Below are positions 55,603 to 64,000 of a stretch of DNA of 64,000 bases, one piece after another; position 1 is the stretch's first letter, and every line of letters begins with the position of its first letter. This DNA comes from Candidatus Pacebacteria bacterium GW2011_GWA1_46_10 (lineage in GTDB: Bacteria; Patescibacteriota; Microgenomatia; UBA1400; PJMF01), in NCBI GenBank assembly GCA_001002135.1, contig LCLP01000001.1:8417-72416 (forward strand). Direction: 5' to 3'. Made by a program: the position numbers and the translations under genes. The notes beneath the pieces were generated by a model. That model saw only the letters and a program-made list of their open reading frames with translations, did no database searches and was not told where the DNA came from.

Positions 55603-56232
55603 ATGGCAAAGACTCAAATTCCCTACGTTATTACCTGTGGTGATGAGGGTGTGCAGGTTAATGTTGGAGTCCGATTGGCTTTTGTCGGTGCTGGTTACGA
55701 GTTGCCAGGTTTTCACGAGGTGGTTAAAATTCTCAAGAAATTATTTGGTAGCAAGCTATACATCGTTTCCAATCAAGAAAATGACTGGGTAAAACAGAAA
55801 ATGAACCTCTCAGATTGGGAGCAGACGAATGCTTCTGCCCAACAGCAAATTGAGGCGTTGGCTGACAAAGAACGATTGCTATATGTCGGCTATTTACCTT
55901 TTGCCGATCCCAAAAAACTCAAGTACGGCATTAAAGGTCACATGGTGCGCCCTAAGAAAGTGCACGTGGCCAATAAAATTTGTTTTACTCTTGGCGGTGG
56001 TGAGCAGATCTACAACCTTGGTTGCTATCGAATCAGCGCTGATTGGGTAGGGAGTGCACCCAAAAATTTGGTTGAGCAAGTTATCAAGCCACAAGTCGAG
56101 TTTTACAAGAAACTTTCGTCTGGTAAGTTGCAACTGGTATACGAATTGGGTGGTGAACTGGGTGAAAAAATAGCCAAAAAAAACCTCAAAAGTTTACAGA
56201 AAATTGGTTTAAAGCCAGTGCCTTTATCTTAA
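55603..56232 (+). CDS. hypothetical protein (ORF open from 55498; the AAGGA-preceded ATG at 55603 is preferred)
   Basis: 'aaggaaaattATG' RBS spacing. 209 aa, no motif recognized. Confidence 0.45.
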   Translation: MAKTQIPYVITCGDEGVQVNVGVRLAFVGAGYELPGFHEVVKILKKLFGSKLYIVSNQENDWVKQKMNLSDWEQTNASAQQQIEALADKERLLYVGYLPFADPKKLKYGIKGHMVRPKKVHVANKICFTLGGGEQIYNLGCYRISADWVGSAPKNLVEQVIKPQVEFYKKLSSGKLQLVYELGGELGEKIAKKNLKSLQKIGLKPVPLS

Positions 56233-56276
56233 GTTTTCAAATTTTTTAAAAAAGTGTCGCTTTCATCTTGATGGAG

Positions 56277-56305
56277 TTGCAAGTTTTTCGTTTGCTCGCT
56301 ATAAT
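56277..56305 (+). promoter_or_regulatory. consensus sigma-70-type promoter of the tRNA-Ala-23S-5S operon
   Basis: TTGCAA - 17 nt - TATAAT read directly, about 110 nt upstream of tRNA-Ala. Confidence 0.6.
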
Positions 56306-56415
56306 AAGCCTCTCTGTTCGGGAAAACAGAAAATTGATATTCTCGCTTCGACCGCCGCCTTGGCGGGGTCGAGAGCAGAATCCCTCACCCGATAGTTGAA
56401 AAAAAACAGTGGCAC

Positions 56416-56489
56416 GGGCCCTTAGCTCAGTTGGCTAGAGCGCTACATTTGCAATGTAGAGGTCAAGGGTTCGAGCCCCTTAGGGTCCA
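56416..56489 (+). tRNA. tRNA-Ala (anticodon UGC)
   Basis: 74-nt cloverleaf. Acceptor GGGCCCU/AGGGUCC with the G3:U70 Ala identity pair. Anticodon loop UUUGCAA, T-loop UUCGAGC, discriminator A. Confidence 0.9.
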
Positions 56490-56647
56490 CAGGATTCTAG
56501 GGCTGTTTGTTATTCGTTCTCTGGCAACCTCACCGGGTTGTGCTGAGAGCGAACAACAAGCAGCTCACACTGTTTGACGCTCCTTAAAAAGTGAAGAGAA
56601 TTGTCATTTGAAATAGATACATTCGTCGAGAATGAAAATTATTTCGC

Positions 56648-59513
<2,866 letters not shown>

Positions 59514-59614
59514 GAAATTTTGTTCTTTGACGCATGTAATTACAAGATGACAAACACTCTTCACTTTTTAGGGAGCGAAAGCTCTTTTAAATATCTTTTA
59601 AAAAAAGCGTTTTA

Positions 59615-59732
59615 TTCTGGTCTCTAGAGCGAGGTGGTACCAACTCTTCCCATCCCGAACAGAGTCTTGAAACGCCTCAGCGCTGACAATAGTTTTCCCT
59701 TGTTGGAAAGCGAAGATAGGTCGAGGCCAGAA
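59615..59732 (+). rRNA. rrf: 5S ribosomal RNA
   Basis: 'CCCATCCCGAACAGAG...GAAAC' loop motifs. Helix I pairing between the 5' TTCTGGTC and 3' GGCCAGAA ends. About 118 nt. Confidence 0.8.
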
Positions 59733-59752
59733 TCAAGCGCTTTTTTTATTTT
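59733..59752. terminator. short palindrome plus T-run after 5S (weak bidirectional terminator)
   Basis: AAGCGCTT palindrome followed by TTTTTTT. Confidence 0.35.
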
Positions 59753-60015
59753 CCGTAGACTTGTTTGTGAGTGCCCATGCTAAAGAAATAATATTGATTA
59801 TCACTGATAAATACCAACCTAAAATTTTTATCAACTGAAATGCTCCAAACATTTTTTAAACTGCCGTGCAATTTGTGCAAGCGCAGTGATGGATGTCGAG
59901 GGTTGATTTGGAAAACTTTTAATTGTTTTTTGACTTTTGAAAAAAGTTGACGATCGTTATGTTTGAGGTGTCGGAGTTGTCTCTGGAAAGTGGAGCTAAA
60001 AGTAATTGGTTTCAT
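59746..60015 (-). CDS. type II toxin-antitoxin system toxin, RelE/ParE (YoeB/YafQ-like) superfamily
   Basis: 89 aa. 'HPSLRLHKLHGSLKNVWSISVDKNFRLVFISDN...GTHKQVY' matches the RelE-fold conserved pattern. 4-nt ATGA overlap with the upstream gene. Confidence 0.7.
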   Translation of the reverse strand: MKPITFSSTFQRQLRHLKHNDRQLFSKVKKQLKVFQINPRHPSLRLHKLHGSLKNVWSISVDKNFRLVFISDNQYYFFSMGTHKQVYGK

Positions 60016-60344
60016 AAGTTGTTGAAGTATTCATCCAGGTCGCCAACTTCAACAGCCTGATTCCTTTCTTTTAGTGCTTGTTTATACCACTTTTTCATTA
60101 AATCGGAGGTGGGAAAACTGGGATAGGCGATATCGCGTACGTCATTAATGATCAAATTTTTGACATAAGAAGACAAACTCAAGCCAAGCTTGTTGGCTTT
60201 AACTTGCAGATAAGACTGCAATTGTACTGGTAAAGTAACCCGTAATTGGGCGTTTTGAACTTGCATATGACTATAATACGACACTATTTTGTCTTTTTCA
60301 AGTCTTTTTATAGGCAATATTAATAGTGCTTGATTTTTAGCCAA
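60012..60344 (-). CDS. cognate antitoxin, ribbon-helix-helix (RelB/ParD-like); alternative start at 60266
   Basis: 'QLRVTLPVQLQSYLQVKANKLGLSLSSYVKNLI' fits an RHH beta-strand plus two helices. Position and overlap with the toxin gene. Confidence 0.5.
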   Translation of the reverse strand: MAKNQALLILPIKRLEKDKIVSYYSHMQVQNAQLRVTLPVQLQSYLQVKANKLGLSLSSYVKNLIINDVRDIAYPSFPTSDLMKKWYKQALKERNQAVEVGDLDEYFNNL

Positions 60345-61399
60345 GCCAGTTCTTCCGCCAAAGCCCTGTTACCGATTTCCAATCTTTCAAGTAAATCTGG
60401 AGCTTTATCAACTTGATAACGTTTTATTCGTAAGGCCATCTTGGAAATGGTGTAGCGTAAGCGATAAAAGTGAAATCTTTCTTCGTAGTCATCTGGTAAT
60501 TTGGCGATTTCTGTGTAGCCTCTCATGAAGTTTTCTATCCGTGCTAAATCAAAAAAAGTGGACCAGCAGGCAAGGTCGGCTACTGGATCGCCAGCATGAC
60601 ACTCATCCCAGTCCAGTACGCCCGTTAAAGTTTTGCCATCGGTCAATAAATTCCAATCCGCGAAGTCGTTTTGGATGAGGCGGGAATCATTAGGTGGTTC
60701 AAAGTTTTTTTCTGCGAAGATTTTTTTGAAGTTATTTGCTTGCTCGATATTAATAATTTTATAGCGTCTGAGCCGTTGGATGTTTTCGTCGAGACCAGCG
60801 TGAATAAAATCATGATACGAACGGTGTAAACCAATCAGCTTACCATTTTTTGCTTGCTGATTGTTAAAAGGTCCAAAACCTTCAACTTTTATTTCATGAA
60901 TCTTAGCCATTGTTTTCCCGCATTCATAAAGCAGTTGTTTTTCTAAAGACTTGTCTTTGGCAAGCAGGACGTCCATTGTGATACCACTAGCTTGAGTCAT
61001 CAGCACAAAATCCATATCTTCAGTTGTTTTTGATTCATGCACTTCAAGGATAAGTGGCACGGGGATAGCATGTTTTTTTGCCAATTTTAGAACCAGTTTT
61101 TCCACGAAAAAGTAGCCATTTTTCACGCCAGCAGGGTGCATCCTGACAACGTAAGGTTTGCCGTTGATCAGGATTTTTCGGACGATATTAACATTCCCTT
61201 TTACCACGTTTTCATCTGGAGATTCGATTTTAATGGAGTTTATCCCGCCAAGTGAAGTAAGGCCGTTTTTGAGTATAGTTTCAAGCACGGTGGCGGGTGT
61301 GTCATGTCGTTGTAAGAAAATTCGTTGGTAGTCTTCGGGGGATAAATTTCGGTCAGTTTGCCAGTAAAAGCAGTCTGAGCGGTCGGTGAGATCAAGCAT
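60320..61399 (-). CDS. aminoglycoside phosphotransferase / choline-kinase-like (APH family) kinase
   Basis: Brenner-like 'LIQNDFADWNLL' catalytic loop and 'VLDWDECHAGDPVADLA' (DFG-like) typical of the APH/ChoK fold. Confidence 0.7.
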   Translation of the reverse strand: MLDLTDRSDCFYWQTDRNLSPEDYQRIFLQRHDTPATVLETILKNGLTSLGGINSIKIESPDENVVKGNVNIVRKILINGKPYVVRMHPAGVKNGYFFVEKLVLKLAKKHAIPVPLILEVHESKTTEDMDFVLMTQASGITMDVLLAKDKSLEKQLLYECGKTMAKIHEIKVEGFGPFNNQQAKNGKLIGLHRSYHDFIHAGLDENIQRLRRYKIINIEQANNFKKIFAEKNFEPPNDSRLIQNDFADWNLLTDGKTLTGVLDWDECHAGDPVADLACWSTFFDLARIENFMRGYTEIAKLPDDYEERFHFYRLRYTISKMALRIKRYQVDKAPDLLERLEIGNRALAEELAWLKIKHY

Positions 61400-61405
61400 T
61401 ATTTT

Positions 61406-61645
61406 TTACAGCCCAAATACAAAGTACAAAAACAGTCCTGTAGTCAGCGACAGGTGTAACCAGCCGAGGAAAGAAATTTCCAGTTCCAGTGGGGTAATCA
61501 GGGTTCTTTTCATCACGGAAATCTGGCGGATAACAACGAAAGCGAAGGCAAAGTAAAGTGCGCCGCCAATAATGAAGAGCAACTTGACTAACATTAAGAT
61601 GGCGGTTTGAGCGCCGGTGCCGGCAAGGTCAAAGCCAAAGTTCAT
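61406..61645 (-). CDS. small two-TM membrane protein
   Basis: 79-aa hydrophobic ORF, 4-nt overlap with the upstream gene. Confidence 0.4.
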   Translation of the reverse strand: MNFGFDLAGTGAQTAILMLVKLLFIIGGALYFAFAFVVIRQISVMKRTLITPLELEISFLGWLHLSLTTGLFLYFVFGL

Positions 61646-62352
61646 TGTACCCTCCCTTCTGCTTTTTCCCGCTCTTCCTCCAGTAACAACTCATTAAGGA
61701 GTGCTGCTACTCTGGCTGGGTGAGGGATATTTTCAAATTGGATCTCTCGTTGTTCGCCAGCAGTTTGAATGTAGACCGTGCCGTAGTCCAGCACTGACGC
61801 CAGGAAACCACCGGTTTTGGAGCTGATATCCTGAATGACATCGATCTTAGCGGAGGAAACGTCTTTGAAAAGCAGTGAAACAAAATCAACATCGATCACT
61901 CGCTCGTCGGTGATGATAAAAACACTGTAAAACCAAATAAGAAAAGTAGCCAAGGCGTAACTAAAAGTTAACAGATACCACCCCAAATTGAGACCGAGAA
62001 TGTATGAACCAGGCAAGAAGCTGGTAAAAAAACTACTCCCGGAGAGAAGTGGGAGTACCACTGCCACAGTGATAATCACGACTTGTTTTAAAAGTGTAAT
62101 CGGGTGAGGTCGTAACAGGAGAATAATTTGTTCATCGCTAGTTTGGGTGTCGAATGAAGTTCTCTCAGGCTTGGGCATGTATGAGCGCCAGTGGCTTCTG
62201 GTTGGCCTTTCTTTGCGCATTACCGCTGAATATTCGTCGACACTACGAGACTTTTTTACCTTACCAATATGAGTAAGTTTAGTGGTTGGTGTTTTGTGGG
62301 GAGAAGCTGGAGTTTTGGCCGGAGAGGTAAAAATATCAGGCATGAGTATCAA
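61642..62352 (-). CDS. membrane protein with a bacterial PH (YdbS/YdbT, DUF304-like) domain
   Basis: Two TM helices followed by 'ITDERVIDVDFVSLLFKDVSSAKIDVIQDIS...GTVYIQTAGEQREIQFENIPHP', typical of bPH_2. Confidence 0.5.
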   Translation of the reverse strand: MILMPDIFTSPAKTPASPHKTPTTKLTHIGKVKKSRSVDEYSAVMRKERPTRSHWRSYMPKPERTSFDTQTSDEQIILLLRPHPITLLKQVVIITVAVVLPLLSGSSFFTSFLPGSYILGLNLGWYLLTFSYALATFLIWFYSVFIITDERVIDVDFVSLLFKDVSSAKIDVIQDISSKTGGFLASVLDYGTVYIQTAGEQREIQFENIPHPARVAALLNELLLEEEREKAEGRVQ

Positions 62353-62409
62353 TTATACACGTTCGAATCGGTGCTAGTCATTTGAGAGGAGATTTGATAT
62401 CTTCAAAGG

Positions 62410-63162
62410 ATGCCAAGAAAAACCCGCTCCCCAAAAAAATCTGCCCGGTCAACTACAGCTACGAGTGTGCTGGCCGCCAGGCTTGCTACTGCGGCGAAAA
62501 AGCCAAATACTTCAGTGATTGAGCGTTTACTTGGTTTCTTTCGTTTTTCCAGGGTACGGGGATTTTTTGGTCAGCGAAGGAATGTGATTTTCACTGTCGT
62601 CATTTTGGTAATACTTATTTTGCTGTATTTACTCAAAAGTGTGCTGATTGTGGCTGTGGTCAATGGTCAACCAATTTATCGCTGGACAGTCGTTACTCAA
62701 CTGGAAAAACAGGGTGGGCAGCAAATGTTGGACTCGTTGGTGGTCGAAGCGCTGGTTAAACAAGCAATTAAGAGTGCCGGCGTTGAAGCTGATCAAGCAG
62801 AAATCGACGCGCGTATCACGGAGATTGAAAATCAACTCACTCAACAGGGTATGACGCTCGAAACAGCGCTGGAGCAGGAAGGTTTGACCAGGAGAGAGCT
62901 GGAAGATAACCTCAAGTTGCAATGGGCGGCTGAGCAGTTGGTGGCCAGTTCTGTGACGGTTTCTGAGGAAGAAATAGATACCTATCTTGAGAATAATCAA
63001 GAGTTTTTGCCGACCGACATGACTGAGGAAGAACTGCGAACCACGGTGCGCGAACAACTGTATAGCAGCAAACTCAGTGAGGCAATTGGCCAATGGGTGG
63101 AAGACCTGCGATCTAAAGCACAGATTCTCTATCTTAAGGAGTATCAACCGGTTGGTTTTTAA
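62410..63162 (+). CDS. N-terminally anchored SurA/PrsA N-terminal-domain-like chaperone (no PPIase domain)
   Basis: TM anchor followed by a helical domain with 'EIDARITEIENQL...LETALEQEGLTRRELEDNLKLQWAAEQL...VREQLYSSKLSEAIGQWVEDLRSKAQI'. Confidence 0.55.
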   Translation: MPRKTRSPKKSARSTTATSVLAARLATAAKKPNTSVIERLLGFFRFSRVRGFFGQRRNVIFTVVILVILILLYLLKSVLIVAVVNGQPIYRWTVVTQLEKQGGQQMLDSLVVEALVKQAIKSAGVEADQAEIDARITEIENQLTQQGMTLETALEQEGLTRRELEDNLKLQWAAEQLVASSVTVSEEEIDTYLENNQEFLPTDMTEEELRTTVREQLYSSKLSEAIGQWVEDLRSKAQILYLKEYQPVGF

Positions 63163-63168
63163 GAACAG

Positions 63169-64000
63169 TTAATTTTTCAGCACCGCGAGAAACGCCTCTT
63201 GGTTGAGTTCGACTTTACCAATTGATTTCATTTTCTTTTTGCCCTTACTCTGTTTCCTGAGTAACTTCATGCGGCGCGTCACATCGCCGCCGTAGAGTTT
63301 GGCCGTCACGTCCTTGCGATAGGCTTTTAGGGTTTCGCGAGCAATGATTTTGCCGCCAATGGCTGCTTGGATCGGTACTTCAAACATCTGGCGGGGGATG
63401 ATTTCTTTGAGTTTTTTTACCAATGAGCGGCCTTTTTCCTCTGCTTTGTCTGTTACGGCGATAAAACTCAAAGCCTCTACCACTTCATGGTTAATGAGAA
63501 TATTGACCTTCACGGCATCGACGTTTTTGTACCCAGTGATCTCGTATTCCAATGAGGCAAAACCAGAGCTGGCGGATTTGAGTAAATCATGGAAATCGGT
63601 GATTAACTCAGCGAGAGGGAGGGCGTATTCCAGTCGGACGCGGGTGCCAGTGTGGGTGGTGTTCAAGAGTGTACCGCGTTTTTCTCTGGTCAGCTTATAA
63701 ATGGTTGGAATATAGTTTGCCGGGGTGAAGATCATGGCTTTGGTCATTGGTTCTTTGATCAGTTCAATCGAACTGGGATCCGGAAATTCAGCGGGACTAT
63801 TAACAGTAAAAGTTTTACTTTGTTTGTTGACGATTTGGTAACTGACCGAAGGGGCCGTGGCAATCAGATCGAGGTCAAACTCTCTTGTCAGTCGTTCGCG
63901 GACAATCTCGGCGTGAAAAATGCCCAAAAAACCCACGCGCAGTCCATTTCCCAGTGCCGCGGAGTGAGTAGGTTTGCTTTGTAAGGCTGAGTCGTGCAAT
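63169..64000 (-). CDS. lepA: elongation factor 4 (LepA), C-terminal portion; the gene continues beyond the window end
   Basis: The LepA-specific C-terminal domain 'EVPIQAAIGGKIIARETLKAYRKDVTAKLYGGDVTRRMKLLRKQSKGKKKMKSIGKVELNQEAFLAVL' is highly conserved. Confidence 0.9.
   Translation of the reverse strand, partial: LHDSALQSKPTHSAALGNGLRVGFLGIFHAEIVRERLTREFDLDLIATAPSVSYQIVNKQSKTFTVNSPAEFPDPSSIELIKEPMTKAMIFTPANYIPTIYKLTREKRGTLLNTTHTGTRVRLEYALPLAELITDFHDLLKSASSGFASLEYEITGYKNVDAVKVNILINHEVVEALSFIAVTDKAEEKGRSLVKKLKEIIPRQMFEVPIQAAIGGKIIARETLKAYRKDVTAKLYGGDVTRRMKLLRKQSKGKKKMKSIGKVELNQEAFLAVLKN

Overview
This 64 kb window (about 45% GC, compact, translationally coupled genes) looks like a chromosomal segment of a small-genome, probably monoderm bacterium of the Candidate Phyla Radiation (Patescibacteria / Saccharibacteria-like) type. 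That lineage call rests on gene content only: a type IV secretion (T4SS) pilin array, an ATP-dependent archaeal-type DNA ligase, an isopentenyl phosphate kinase, LPXTG-like surface proteins, a 23S-5S operon unlinked from 16S, and many small membrane proteins. Housekeeping genes (rplY, valS, uppS, recF, pth, rpsA, a lepA fragment, tRNA-Ala, 23S and 5S rRNA, tRNA-Ile-UAU) are interleaved with three accessory blocks. (1) A tandem array of seven small two-helix membrane proteins resembling TrbC/VirB2 T4SS pilins (6.4-9.4 kb), with a divergently transcribed ECF sigma factor and, about 12 kb away, a VirB4/VirD4-like T4SS ATPase. (2) A MacAB-type efflux system and tRNA-Ile(UAU), followed by three paralogous Cys-rich, Pro-Thr-linker surface proteins with LPXTG-like C-termini (28-34 kb). 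(3) A roughly 20 kb envelope glycopolymer cluster (34.1-53.9 kb). It contains a TagA-like GT26 enzyme, a TagGH-like ABC exporter, a PglC-like phosphoglycosyltransferase, several GT4 enzymes, an epimerase and two O-antigen-ligase-like proteins, one fused to a large TPR-like domain. It also contains an Arn-like side branch (a GT2-YdjC deacetylase fusion plus two GT-C/ArnT-like membrane transferases) and an 845-aa protein with two GlnE/GlnD-type nucleotidyltransferase motifs. This GlnE-architecture double nucleotidyltransferase inside a glycan cluster is the best candidate for an undescribed system. A RelE/ParE-type toxin-antitoxin pair sits immediately downstream of the 5S rRNA. All calls come from reading motifs in the sequence; no database searches could be run.
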